Assembly (NCBI GenBank): GCA_047495785.1
Contig: JBLDXI010000029.1
Span: forward strand, 1,674,001 to 1,738,000
DNA length: 64,000 nucleotides
Direction of reading: 5' to 3'
From: Lepidodermella squamata
Lineage: Eukaryota > Animalia > Gastrotricha
The notes beneath the pieces are model-generated. The model did not search any database, was not told the DNA's origin, and saw only the letters and a program-made list of their open reading frames with translations. Both the position numbers and the translations under genes were made by a program. This document shows, in pieces, positions 31,869 to 43,597 of the stretch (the stretch's first letter is position 1; each line of letters begins with the position of its first letter).

Positions 31869-34202
31869 TCATCTGGTGTAAATTCTCTTAATAGCGGCCT
31901 TGTGACTCAATGCGTCAAATCTGCTCATCATTTGCGACGACGGTAGTCGAGACATTGTTTCACCTGCAGCCTCTGCTCCGTCTCCGACTTTGACGTACAG
32001 CAGAGCAGCCACTATTCCCGATTGAATCTGCAATCCAACAGCAACTGCTATATTCCGTCCACTAGTAGATTTTAGCATGAACACAACTGCAGTTAAGGCA
32101 AGATATAATGTTGATGAGACAGCTATCGCCACAGCTAATCGCTTCACGAAGGGAAAATACGGCAAGTATCGATTTCCCACAAGTTTCACAACATAAATCA
32201 AACCTACTCCGAGAACGGCGAGATTCAATACCAGAAGAGCTGCCGACCATTCCATGGCGAAGTTTGACGAGCAAACGACAGAATACTCTTCTACGTAAGT
32301 ATCGGTTTCAGCAATGTAGGATCTAGAATTGTCTGCCTTGGTAATCACCGCGCGGTAGGAATCAGATGTCAACCATGAGATGACAATGATGAAATTTAAG
32401 AGAAGAAACAGAAGTGTTCTGATTACAAACGAAGCTTCCTCCCTACCGGGATTGGAGGCGCCTCGTTGACGCGATGTTTTTTGCCGCAATATTATGGAAG
32501 CAGACTTCAGACGAAATACCAAGTAACCGTACAGAAGTGACAGACCCAACACCATGGTGAATATGCTCGCCTCACATACAGAGCTGTTACGCATTGAGGT
32601 TGGAGTTGCGAGAAGAATCGACCCTACGGCTAAGAAAAGAAAACTCAGCATTACCAGGGTTTCATCAGTTTTTCTCCCGAGACTGTGTTTATCACGCGTA
32701 ACGATGTACGAAATACCGACGATTTGGCAAAATACGACCAGGCTAGCCGTTATTGTCAAGAAGATGAACACTGAAACGGGGATCCCGGTATCAACGTATT
32801 CTTCAAAGGCCGCATCTTTGGGCAGAAAATCTGCTCCGAAAGGCGCAATCACTCGTATTTTAAATAAAGAAGTATCGTTAGTCGTCGTAGCATTTTCATC
32901 CAAAGACACGGCATATCTCGCCTGAATTCCTGTCTTTTGAGACCACGTAGCAACCCATTGGGTTTCATAGTCCATTTCCATTCTCGCAGAATAGTGAAAC
33001 GAGCCATGTTGTTGATTGCGATACCTTACGCTTCCAATACTTTGATTTACGGCAAGCATGACGTTTCGAGGATCATCCTTAAAATTCCTTAGCGTCGAAT
33101 TCTGGCTGTTCAAACGCTTCTCCGCTTCAGCAAGCGTTGCTATTGCATTCAAAGCTTGGTCATAGCAGGAAAATCTGGATTGGTAATCGCCCATTTTCAT
33201 GTCGATTGGATAGTTCGATTTGAGGTAATTGTCAATCTCAGTCCGGGTGTTTCCCAGATAGTCTTTGATTGAACCATCATTACCGATAGGAATTGAGGAA
33301 TGGGCGCCAAAATAAACGACTCTCTCTGCTTGCTGCTTATAGATTGAGATGTTACAGTTCTTCGGGTACTGATGGGGTGGAAAGAAATTAGGGTCCAAGT
33401 AAGCACTGGCAAGAGTTAGAAACAGGTACATACTCCCCGTTATCCCGTTCTTGTACGCTTGGCATAGAAAACCGACGAAAATGAATGGGTCGATGTTTTC
33501 AAAGGAAAATATTCGAATGTCCTTTTTGATAAATGATTGCATAATATCGTCGTTGAAGTCTGAACTTGCTTCTATTGTTTGAACCCCTAGGCCAAATTGG
33601 TTATTCATTGCAAGTGTGTAGGTAGCTGCCTCAAACCCAAAAGAGCTCTCATTTGCTGGGAACACAACTGCTGTTTTCTTCCATGAAGTGAATTGCTTGA
33701 TGAAGCTTAGTCGAGCCATTATCGTTAGTTGAGATGAGGCTCTGATACGCCACAGGTTTGGATACAGATCTCTTCGGTTAACTAAACCGGGTGAGAGGCA
33801 AGATGGGGTAGTTGCTACCATATTCATATGAGACGCAACTCTGCCCCAACTCTTACAGCCCAGAGTCTGACCCAGGCCGATTGTGACTGGGGCTAGAAAT
33901 AGCCCAGGCTCGGCCGATTCCGTCATTGACCGCACGAAGTTGATGCTAACGGAGGTTGCCAGCATGGCTTGAATTCCTTCGTCGCGATGCTCGAATTCGA
34001 GATGGTAATCGGGTAGAATGTCGGAGCGATTATTCGCGAAGTCGAGAGCTGTTTGAAACGCCCATCGGCAGTTCCTGAAATCGCCTGAGTTTAGAGACAA
34101 TCCTAATAGATATAGTGTTCGCAAGCGGTACGGCTTTCGAGGCTCAGTCTGAATTATGGCCAGGGAGGAGAGGATAATCAAAAATATAAGCGCATTTGCC
34201 AT
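31869..34202 (-). CDS. Intronless class C GPCR, copy 3
   Basis: 777 aa paralog. Confidence 0.9.
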   Translation of the reverse strand: MANALIFLIILSSLAIIQTEPRKPYRLRTLYLLGLSLNSGDFRNCRWAFQTALDFANNRSDILPDYHLEFEHRDEGIQAMLATSVSINFVRSMTESAEPGLFLAPVTIGLGQTLGCKSWGRVASHMNMVATTPSCLSPGLVNRRDLYPNLWRIRASSQLTIMARLSFIKQFTSWKKTAVVFPANESSFGFEAATYTLAMNNQFGLGVQTIEASSDFNDDIMQSFIKKDIRIFSFENIDPFIFVGFLCQAYKNGITGSMYLFLTLASAYLDPNFFPPHQYPKNCNISIYKQQAERVVYFGAHSSIPIGNDGSIKDYLGNTRTEIDNYLKSNYPIDMKMGDYQSRFSCYDQALNAIATLAEAEKRLNSQNSTLRNFKDDPRNVMLAVNQSIGSVRYRNQQHGSFHYSARMEMDYETQWVATWSQKTGIQARYAVSLDENATTTNDTSLFKIRVIAPFGADFLPKDAAFEEYVDTGIPVSVFIFLTITASLVVFCQIVGISYIVTRDKHSLGRKTDETLVMLSFLFLAVGSILLATPTSMRNSSVCEASIFTMVLGLSLLYGYLVFRLKSASIILRQKTSRQRGASNPGREEASFVIRTLLFLLLNFIIVISWLTSDSYRAVITKADNSRSYIAETDTYVEEYSVVCSSNFAMEWSAALLVLNLAVLGVGLIYVVKLVGNRYLPYFPFVKRLAVAIAVSSTLYLALTAVVFMLKSTSGRNIAVAVGLQIQSGIVAALLYVKVGDGAEAAGETMSRLPSSQMMSRFDALSHKAAIKRIYTR

Positions 34203-35728
34203 TTCAGGATTCTAGTGAAAAAGCTGATAGGGATTGCATCGCTCGAGAAGGGACTTCTCGCTTCTTATATTTGCTCCTTTCCACCCACATGGCTTCCTGT
34301 TTTCAACTTCGACGTCTGCGCTCTCAAATAATTCCGTCTTTGAGAATGTCCTCATGATTATGCTACCTTCCCAGCTGCATGAATTTCACGCAAAAATCTG
34401 AAACATTAACACTCACACATGCCGTAAATTCTTCCGCCGAAAACGAACATGATTTGTAGTGCATCGTTATTTTCCATCGAAGTGTCGGATTTGCCTGAAA
34501 GCTTGAAGATGAAACTGGATTCTTTGTGGGCGAGGAGAACATGTACGAGGGGAATCTCGCGATAAGACGAATGAGTATAAGGAAATTCTTAATGGCGAAT
34601 TCGATAGCGCAGACGTTCAAGCGATAAATAGTCCTGCAGGTGGGAAATGGCCCATACACCCTTCTCCGACCACTCAATCTCTATATTAACAGCTTTACAT
34701 TTGCATGTTACTTTTTATGGCAATTTTTTTTATAATATTTCCGATTCACCTTCCGGCAGTGATATCTTCCTTGGCAGTGATCCAGCGTACGTACCGCTTG
34801 TGAACACATTTCAATGAGCTGATCTAAAAATACCAGTGATCATTGATTTAGCGAAACAGCCGATTGTCCGAAATCGTGGACCGGCACGATTATACCACCC
34901 ACTTCTGGGTGCTGGGTGGTACACCTTTGATACAACTTTTGCAGCGCAAACCCACCAGACACTGTTGAAAGTGGAGGAATGATGGCAATGCAGTAAGCGA
35001 GAGCTCACAGATCACAGAGTCACGATGGAGCCTATGCTAGTACACGTGTCATCAATGTAGGAATGCATGGCTAAGAGTATCGGCCAAGCCAACAGATCAA
35101 TCACGCGGCTCCTAAGACTAAGGACCTACTTGCCAGCTTGCAATGCCTACAAAACCGACTTTCTACCTCGAATTCGCAATGGTAGCATACACGTTCGCGG
35201 CGTCATCGAGAACCTTGGAAAAACAGATTTGTGAAGATGACAGAAGCCAAGTTGATACCGCGAGGCCAATAAAGTCATTGCCTCAATAATTGTTTTCAAG
35301 CGTATTCAAAGGTTTTAAACAAATAGGGTGCTGTACCAGTTCCCGACAGAGGATTCGGAATTTTTTTCCAGCTTTAGCGATCTGAAACGTCTTTCCTCAA
35401 CAGGCCACGCTGATACAGGGTGCGTTGTACTATGGTACTGGTTTGTCGCGACACCCCAGCTTCGAGAACACGATATATACACGATATATTCACCCTCGCG
35501 CTCGGACGCTGTTAGGTCCGAATGTTCCACCAAGCAAACATGAAGCTATTAATATGAAGCAGAAAGAAGACTATTAGATGCTATTCTGTGACACAGCCGC
35601 TTAATGTTAACCTTGCAAATTAGGGATATAGGTATTCATTTGTTATCACCATACAACACTTATTTTTACTAAAAACAATTCTGGAGAATATCTCTAGTCT
35701 CAAGACTCTAGACTCTTCGTTTCATCTT

Positions 35729-38062
35729 TCATCTAGTGTAAATTCTCATAACAGTGGCCTTTCGACTAAGTGCGTCAAATCTGCTCAGCATTTGCGATGA
35801 CGGAAGCCGAGACACTGCTTCGCCTGCAGCGTCCGCCCCATCCCCAACTTTAACGTACAGCAAAGCCGCGACAATGCCTGATTGAATCTGCAATCCAACA
35901 GCAACTGCTATATTCCGTCCACTAGTAGATTTTAGCATGAACACAACTGCAGTTAAGGCAAGATATAATGTTGATGAGACAGCTATCGCCACAGCTAATC
36001 GCCTCACGAAAGGGTAATAGGGCAAGTATCGATTCCCCACAAGTTTGACAACATAAATCAAACCTACTCCAAGGACTGCGAGATTCAATACCAGAAGAGC
36101 TGCCGACCATTCCATGGCGAAGTTTGACGAGCAAACGACAGAATACTCTTCTACATAAGTATCGGTTTCAGCAATGTAGGACCTGGAGTTTTCTGGTTTT
36201 GCAATAACTGCGCGGTAAGGATCGGACGTCAACCAAGAAATGACAAGAATAAAATTCAGAAGAAGTAACAGAAGTGTTCTGACAATGAACGAAGCCTCCT
36301 CCCTACCAGGATTTGGCTCGCCGCGTTGGCGTGATGTTTTTTGCCTCAAAACTACTGAGGCAGACTTCAAACGAAAAACCAAATAACTGTACAGAAGTGA
36401 TAGTCCTAACACCATGGCGAATATACTAGCCTCACAAACAGAGTTGTTGCGCATCGAGGTCGGAGTTGCGAGAAGAATCGACGCAACGTTTACAAGCAGG
36501 AAGCTCAGCATTACAAGAATTTCATCAATTTTACGCCCGAGCTGTTGTTTAGCACGTAAAGCAGTGTACGAAATGCCGCTGATTTGGAAAACTAGGACTA
36601 GGCAAGCGGTTGTTGTCAAGAAGATGAAAACTGAAACGGGGATCCCGGTATCAACGAATTCTTCAAAAGCCGCATCTTTGGGCAGAAAATTCGGCGGAAA
36701 AGGCGCGAGAACTTGTATTTTGAATAAAGAAGTGTCGTTAATTGTCGTAGCATTGTCATCTAGAGATACAGTGTATCTTGGTTGAAGTCCTGTCTTTTGT
36801 GACCACGTAGCCACTAATTGAACTTCATAGTCCATTTCCATTCTCGCGGAATAATGAAACAAGCCGTGTTGTTGATTACGATACCTTACGCTTCCAATAC
36901 TTTGATTAACTGCAAGCATCACGCTTCGAGGATCGTCCTTGTAATTTCTGAGCGTCATATTCCGGCTGTTTAAAAGCTTCTCCGCTTCAGCTAGCGTGAC
37001 TACGGAGTGCAAAGCAGAATCATAACAAGAGTAACGCAATGGATAGTCAGGCAATTTCATGTCGATTGGATAGTTTGATTTGAGGTAATTTTCGAACTCA
37101 GCCCGGGTGTTTCCTAGATAGTCTTTGCTTATTCCGTCATTTCCAAAAGGAAGTGAAGAAGGAGCGCCAAAATACAATACTCTATCAGCTTGCTCCTTAT
37201 AGATTGAAATGTTGCAGTTCTTCGGGTACAGATAGGGTGGATAAACATTGGGATCCATGTAAGCACTTGCGAAGGTTAGGAACATGAACATACTCCCTTT
37301 TATCCCATTTTTGTATGCCTGGCAAAGAAACCCGACAAAAATGAATGGGTCGATATTTTCAAAAGAAAATATTCGGATGTCCTTTCGGACGAATGATTGC
37401 ATCAAATCATCGTTGAAGTCAGAACTTGCTTCTATTGTTTGAACTCCTAGGCCGAATTGGTTATTCATTGCAAGTGTATAAGTAGCTGCCTCCAATCCAA
37501 AGGGGCTCTCAGTCACTGGGAACACAACAGCTGTTTTCTTCCATGGGGTGAATTGCTTGATGAAGCTTAGCCGGGCCATTATTGTAAGTTGGATAGAGGC
37601 TTTGATGCGCCATAGGTTTGGATATAGATCTCTTCGGTTAGTTAGACCAGACGCAGAGCAAGACGAAGACATCATTACCATGTTCATGTGAGACGCAACT
37701 CTGCCCCAACTTCTACAGCCTGGAGTTTGGGCCACGCCAACTGTTATTGGAGCTAGGAATAGTCCTGGCTCTGCTGAATCCAACATCGACCGCATAAAGT
37801 TTATGCTCGTCGAGGTTGAAAGCATTGCTTGAGGTCCCTCGTCGCGATACTCGAATTCCAGGTTGTAGTCGGGCAGAATATCGGAGCGATTATTAGCGAA
37901 TTCGTAGGCTGTTTGAAAGGCCCATCGACAGTTTCTGTAATCTCCTGCGTTTAGAGACAGTCCCACTAAGTAAAGTGTTCGCAAGCGGAACGGCTTTCTA
38001 GGCTCGGTCTGACTCATCACCGAGAAGGCGAGGAGAAACGAAAATACAAGCACATTAACCAT
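35729..38062 (-). CDS. Intronless class C GPCR, copy 4
   Basis: Paralog; starts MVNVLVF at 38062. Confidence 0.9.
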   Translation of the reverse strand: MVNVLVFSFLLAFSVMSQTEPRKPFRLRTLYLVGLSLNAGDYRNCRWAFQTAYEFANNRSDILPDYNLEFEYRDEGPQAMLSTSTSINFMRSMLDSAEPGLFLAPITVGVAQTPGCRSWGRVASHMNMVMMSSSCSASGLTNRRDLYPNLWRIKASIQLTIMARLSFIKQFTPWKKTAVVFPVTESPFGLEAATYTLAMNNQFGLGVQTIEASSDFNDDLMQSFVRKDIRIFSFENIDPFIFVGFLCQAYKNGIKGSMFMFLTFASAYMDPNVYPPYLYPKNCNISIYKEQADRVLYFGAPSSLPFGNDGISKDYLGNTRAEFENYLKSNYPIDMKLPDYPLRYSCYDSALHSVVTLAEAEKLLNSRNMTLRNYKDDPRSVMLAVNQSIGSVRYRNQQHGLFHYSARMEMDYEVQLVATWSQKTGLQPRYTVSLDDNATTINDTSLFKIQVLAPFPPNFLPKDAAFEEFVDTGIPVSVFIFLTTTACLVLVFQISGISYTALRAKQQLGRKIDEILVMLSFLLVNVASILLATPTSMRNNSVCEASIFAMVLGLSLLYSYLVFRLKSASVVLRQKTSRQRGEPNPGREEASFIVRTLLLLLLNFILVISWLTSDPYRAVIAKPENSRSYIAETDTYVEEYSVVCSSNFAMEWSAALLVLNLAVLGVGLIYVVKLVGNRYLPYYPFVRRLAVAIAVSSTLYLALTAVVFMLKSTSGRNIAVAVGLQIQSGIVAALLYVKVGDGADAAGEAVSRLPSSQMLSRFDALSRKATVMRIYTR

Positions 38063-39963
38063 GTGAGTGAACAATTCTAATAGTGACTGAATGGTTCGCG
38101 AAAGGATTTTTCGGATTGTACTTTCCGCCCCCAAGGCTTCATATTTTTCTCTTCGACGTTAAGACTACTTTCTAACCGACTTCCTTCTTCGAGAATTTCC
38201 GGAAAATGACGCATTATGCAAGCCCTGTTTCTAACTCAACTCAATACATTAGCGATGAAATCGGAAATATTATTAACGCCCTCATACTTTTCACGACTGG
38301 CTACCCGGACCTGACCAACTATGGGGCTTTATAGTAAATCTTCTGTCCGCATCGAACTGTCGGAAATGCTTGATGAATCTGCGTTCGCTGTGAGTGTTTA
38401 GCGAGCTTTAAGGTAACCTGTTCAGCTTCTCATGTAAAAGACAGAGTGAATAAGAACGCTGGCGTCAGGATATGGTTTGATGCTCTTCTTCAATCTCAAA
38501 TGTCAAAGCGTAGTGCAGCGGTTATGACTGAGTTTATGACACGGCAGTGTTCTATGATCACACATCGTAAGACACCGTACACCATTCTAAAATGAATAAA
38601 ATTCGGTTGGGAATGGGTAGAGTTTGTAGAGTAGAATTGAGTAAAATGCATGATTGGCTTTCAACATTCGGTAGCCAATGGGTACAATGGGTTTACAATT
38701 GGTGGTATAGCTCGAATTAAAAAGATCGAGTATAGTCGTAGATGTGCCATAAAATGACTGCTGATTTTAGAGTATGGAACATTGCGATCACAGGACATGA
38801 GTGAGTACGCTTAAGTTTCCCTAGAGTGCTCATCATTCCTTATATTCAAAATTTATTGAATTTTATTTTATTATTAGCGAAATAGCAAGGCAGCGACCGT
38901 TGAGAGCCAGTAATAAGATATCTTAGTTTTAATACTGCTATTGCAAAAATCACCCGTTTGGCAGCAATAGACATCAATGGTTCGCAGCAAGTTGATGTGA
39001 ACCTCGCTACAAAATGTGACGCAGTCTTTCGAAACAAAGCCGATTCCGAAAACTCCAACAATCGTTTTCTAGGTTATTATTAGTACCAAGTTTTGACAGT
39101 AGATATAACCAGTGATGCATTTACCGTGCAAAAGCCGGGCTCGATTATGCAAACACCGGAATCCGAATCTTGACAGGTCAGAGCATCGACCTCATCGGGT
39201 TGGTCCAGCGAAAGCAGCGGGATAAGAAATATCAGGAATTTCATGACGAGAAAACCTCAAGTTGACATCGTCGTATCTCGCATCGCGACTATTTGCATTC
39301 AATCAAATATAAGGCGTTGCATTGGTGGCATCGTCCCATGCGATTGCGATTTGCTTTACTAAATGTGCCATTAATGATTTATAGCTCTTTGGCACAAGAG
39401 CTGAGAGCTGAATCGCAATAGATAAATTATATACTTAGGTTCCAAGTTACGAAGTTCTCACGCCACCATCTGATAAAAACCATCATAAAGGGAGATATGA
39501 AATAGGGTGAACATGTTTTTTTACATTACGGTACGTTGAAGTAAAAAAATTTAAAGTAAAAACGTTGATGTACATGGGCTGCTTGGATATCATTAAATCA
39601 AGAAAATTGTCCACGAGGTTATATCTGTTCGCAAGGGGACTATCGCCTGTTATTTTAAGCCACGCCCAGGGTTGTTCGATCAATGATCGGCAAGTAAAAA
39701 GGCTGCTGCTCATTTTTTTAAGGCAGGTTATGGCGCAATCGATACGCCGGAATAATAATGACTAATCCATAACTTCGATTGATTATTATGAATCATATAA
39801 TATAGAATGTATTTTGATCTTGAATTATTTACAAAAATTCCAATGACGCAATGTTGCATAATTCTAATAGGCAGACGGCAGACGAGCTTGCCTGAACCCC
39901 ATTTCCCATTAATTTTTTCGCGCAAGAACCCTATATTTATTCGATAGAGAACTGACCTCAAAA

Positions 39964-40578
39964 ATGACAGATCACTCTCTAATGCGGAAACTCATCGAGA
40001 ATGGTTATATATCTGACAAAGCTACAACTGTTGAGCATGCCAACGACCAAGATTCAAAAGTATCCAATCTGCTAATCGAGGCTGTTTCTGACGAATCTAT
40101 AGACATTGTTGAAATGCTGGTCGAAAATGGTGCGAAGGTTGAAGCAGGCGCCTTGATTGCTGCTTGTGCTGCGGATAACAAGGAGATTGTTCGCTATTTC
40201 CTTCAGGTGCTGAAATCTAGGAACCAGCTTAACGAAATTACCAACGCAAGAGACGAACATGGGAATACCGCTATTCTGATGGCAGCCTCAATGGGTGGAG
40301 ATGGAGTCATACCTCTGCTGGTCGAAGCTGGAGCAGATATAAGCCAGAAAGACAATCACGACCGAACAGCGCTACATAAAGCAGTTCAGGCTTTTACATC
40401 CCTGAGGAGACTCGAGATTTGTGTTCGAATGATTGCTGAGTTCATGGTACAACGCGATCGGGATTTGTTGCTTGCAAAGGACAATGACGGCAAAACAGCT
40501 TTGGATCTGGCTAGAGAAGCGAATGGTTTGCAAGATGTTGCTGCTTATCTAGAAGTATTGTTATCTTCATCCGTCTGA
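39964..40578 (+). CDS. Intronless ankyrin-repeat protein, short divergent soluble copy
   Basis: LIEAVS, GNTAILMAA, RTALHKAV, KDNDGKTALDLA; N-terminal repeats shortened relative to paralogs. Confidence 0.82.
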   Translation: MTDHSLMRKLIENGYISDKATTVEHANDQDSKVSNLLIEAVSDESIDIVEMLVENGAKVEAGALIAACAADNKEIVRYFLQVLKSRNQLNEITNARDEHGNTAILMAASMGGDGVIPLLVEAGADISQKDNHDRTALHKAVQAFTSLRRLEICVRMIAEFMVQRDRDLLLAKDNDGKTALDLAREANGLQDVAAYLEVLLSSSV

Positions 40579-41260
40579 GAAACAGCAACTTGAATGAATC
40601 AATGCGTTGAAGCCTTAAACATTAAATTTATAAAATTCTAAGGAGTGTTTCCCAGTGTTTATATTCCAGAGTCCAGAGCAATCGCGCTCAAGTGCGCGAA
40701 GTAGGATCCTCGAACTAGGGGGTATTTTCGGGCTCTAATTTCATGACCAAAGGGCCCCCGTGGATTTTTCTACTTTGGCCGAACTGGGCAGTACAATACC
40801 TGACGAAGGTATCTTCCACGGCGGCCAAATGAATTGAGGACAGCGCGAATTCCATTCGATATTTCGAATAATCTGCTGATTGATAAAGTGCCTGTTTATC
40901 TCCAGCAAAACGAACAACAATGACGCTCCAAAAATAGCTCCAAGGAAAGGGGGATAGTTTTAATACTATGAATATATTCATAGTATGAAGGCTAGCTATG
41001 CAGCGGAATAGTGGCCTGGCGAACGATTATTCATCGCTGTCCACCGATGACACCCGGATTATGGTTGTTTCCCGGCGTAAAAAATCATCATATCAGTCTA
41101 CATATCTTAACTCAGTCTACAAGGCCGGTGTATGCACTCTATAGGCGGGCATAATTATATGCATAATTGAATGGTTTATCGCCAGCAGTGTGCATACCAG
41201 TAAGTTAACTTTTTATTGAGAACAATCGGTAAGAAAGTGTTTCTATTCTAGTTCTTCCTT

Positions 41261-43597
41261 TCACCTGGTGTAAATTCTCTTAATAGCGGCCTTTTGACTC
41301 AAAGCGTCAAATCTGCTCAGCATTTGCGATGACGGAAGCCGAGACACTGCTTCGCCTGCAGCATCCGCTCCGTCCCCGACTTTGACGTACAGCAAAGCAG
41401 CCACTATTCCCGATTGAATTTGCAGTCCAACAGCGACAGCAATATTCTGTCCACTAGTAGATTTCAGCATAAAAACAACCGCAGTTAGAGCAAGATATAA
41501 TGTTGATGAGACAGCTATCGCCACGGCTAATCGCTTCACGAAGGGAAAATACGGCAAGTATCGATTCCCGACAAGTTTGACAACATAAATCAAACCTACT
41601 CCAAGGACTGCGAGATTCAATACCAGAAGAGCCGCCGACCATGCGGTGGCAAAATTTGACGAGCACATGACAGAATACTCTTCTACATAAGTATCGGTTT
41701 CAGCAATGTAAGACCTGGAGTTTTCTGGTTTTGCAATAACTGCGCGGTAAGGATCGGACGTCAACCAAGAAATGACAAGGATAAAATTGAGAAGAAAAAA
41801 GAAAAGTGTTTTGGCTATGAAGGAAGCTTCCTCCCTCCCCGGATCAGGGGTGCCGCGTTGACGTGTTGATGTTCTTTGGCGTAAGACTTTCGAAGCAGAC
41901 CTCAGGCGGAATACCAAATAACCGTACAACAGTGATAGCCCCGAAGCAACGGTGAATATACTTGCCTCGCAAACAGAGCTGTCACGCATTGAGGTCGGAG
42001 TTGCGAGAAGAATCGACCCCAATGATATGAGCAGAAGGCTCAGCACTGCAAGAAATTCATCAATTTTTCTCCCGCGGCTCCTTTTATCCTGTAAAACGGT
42101 ATAGGAAATACCGCAGATTTGGCAAGCGACAACCAGGCAAGATGTTGCTGTCAAGAATACGAAGACTGCCATGGGGACCCCGGCATCCACGTACTCTTCA
42201 AAAGCAGCATCTTTAGGAAGAAAATTCCGTGGGAATTGCGCAAGTGCCCGTATTTTGAACAATGATGGATCGTTGATCGTCTTAGCATTGTCATCCAAAG
42301 ACACGGCATATCTCGCCTGAAGTCCTGTCTTTTGCGACCACGTGGCTACCAGTTGAACTTCATAGTCCATTTCCATTCTTGAAGAGTAGTGAAAGAAGCC
42401 ATGTTCTTGATTCCGATACCTTAGGTTTCCAATACTTTGATTAACAGCGAGCATTACATTTTGAGGATCGTCCTTGAAATTCCGAAGTGTAGAGTTCTGA
42501 CTGTTCAAAAGCTTTTCCGCTTCGGCAAGCGTGACTACAGAATGCAAAGCAGAATCGTAACAGGAGAATCGCAAAGGATAATCAGCCATTCTCATGTCGA
42601 TTGGATAGTTAGATCTGAGGTAATTTTCAAACTCAGGCAGGGTGTTCCCCAAATAGTCCTTGCTTATACCGTCGTTACCACTGGGAAGTGAAAATGGGGC
42701 CCCAAAATACAACACTCTCTCAGCTTGCTCCTTGTAAATGGAGATGTTGCAGTTCCTCGGGTAGAAATTGGGTGGGAAAATATTAGGATCTAAGTAAGAA
42801 CCGACGAAGGTTAGGAACATGTACTTATAACCCCTTATCCCGTTTTTGTATGCCTGGCATAAGAAATTGACAAATATGAATGGATCGATATTTTCAAAAG
42901 AAAAAATACGGATGTCCTTTCGGATAAAAGACTGCATTACATCATCATTGAAGTCTGAACTTGCTTCTATCGTTTGAACCCCGAGGCCGAATCGGTTATT
43001 CATTGCAACTGTGTAAGTAGCTGCCTCCAACCCAAAAGAGCTCTCATTTGCCGGGAATACAACCGCAGTTTTCTTCCATAAGGTGAATTGCTTGATGAAG
43101 CTTAGTCGAGCCATTATCGTTAATTGGGATGAGGCTTTGATACGCCATAGGTTTGGATACAGATCCCTTCGGTCAGTTAAACTTGGCGCGGAGCAAGACG
43201 ATGATATCATTACCATGTTCATATGAGACGCAACTCTGCCCCAACTCTTACAGCCGAGAGTTTGAGCCACGCCGACTGTTACTGGGGCTAGGAATAGCCC
43301 AGGCTCTTCTGAATCCAACATCGACCGCATGAAGTTGATGCTTGTCGAGGTTGACAACATAGCTTGTGGTCCTTCGTCGCGATGCTCAAATTCGAGATGG
43401 TAATCGGGTAGAATGTCGGAGCGATTATTAGCAAATTCGTAAGCTGTTTGAAAGGCCCATCGGCAGTTTCTGTAATCTCCTGTGTTGATTGACAATGAAA
43501 CCAGGTAAAGTGTTCGCAAACGGTAAGGCTTTCTACCCTCAGCCCGATGCGATACCAAGGAGGCGAGGAGAATAGAACATAAAAGCGCTATTTTCAT
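41261..43597 (-). CDS. Intronless class C GPCR, copy 5
   Basis: 778 aa paralog. Confidence 0.9.
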   Translation of the reverse strand: MKIALLCSILLASLVSHRAEGRKPYRLRTLYLVSLSINTGDYRNCRWAFQTAYEFANNRSDILPDYHLEFEHRDEGPQAMLSTSTSINFMRSMLDSEEPGLFLAPVTVGVAQTLGCKSWGRVASHMNMVMISSSCSAPSLTDRRDLYPNLWRIKASSQLTIMARLSFIKQFTLWKKTAVVFPANESSFGLEAATYTVAMNNRFGLGVQTIEASSDFNDDVMQSFIRKDIRIFSFENIDPFIFVNFLCQAYKNGIRGYKYMFLTFVGSYLDPNIFPPNFYPRNCNISIYKEQAERVLYFGAPFSLPSGNDGISKDYLGNTLPEFENYLRSNYPIDMRMADYPLRFSCYDSALHSVVTLAEAEKLLNSQNSTLRNFKDDPQNVMLAVNQSIGNLRYRNQEHGFFHYSSRMEMDYEVQLVATWSQKTGLQARYAVSLDDNAKTINDPSLFKIRALAQFPRNFLPKDAAFEEYVDAGVPMAVFVFLTATSCLVVACQICGISYTVLQDKRSRGRKIDEFLAVLSLLLISLGSILLATPTSMRDSSVCEASIFTVASGLSLLYGYLVFRLRSASKVLRQRTSTRQRGTPDPGREEASFIAKTLFFFLLNFILVISWLTSDPYRAVIAKPENSRSYIAETDTYVEEYSVMCSSNFATAWSAALLVLNLAVLGVGLIYVVKLVGNRYLPYFPFVKRLAVAIAVSSTLYLALTAVVFMLKSTSGQNIAVAVGLQIQSGIVAALLYVKVGDGADAAGEAVSRLPSSQMLSRFDALSQKAAIKRIYTR

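Noticed and set aside
34811-35543. Possible coding or TE relic between GPCR3 and GPCR4
   Set aside because: No frame gave a recognisable motif.
26044-36785. Recurrent antisense ORFs (MNMLAS..LLRIEVGVARRID) in several GPCR copies
   Set aside because: Shadow frames conserved only because the sense genes are paralogs.
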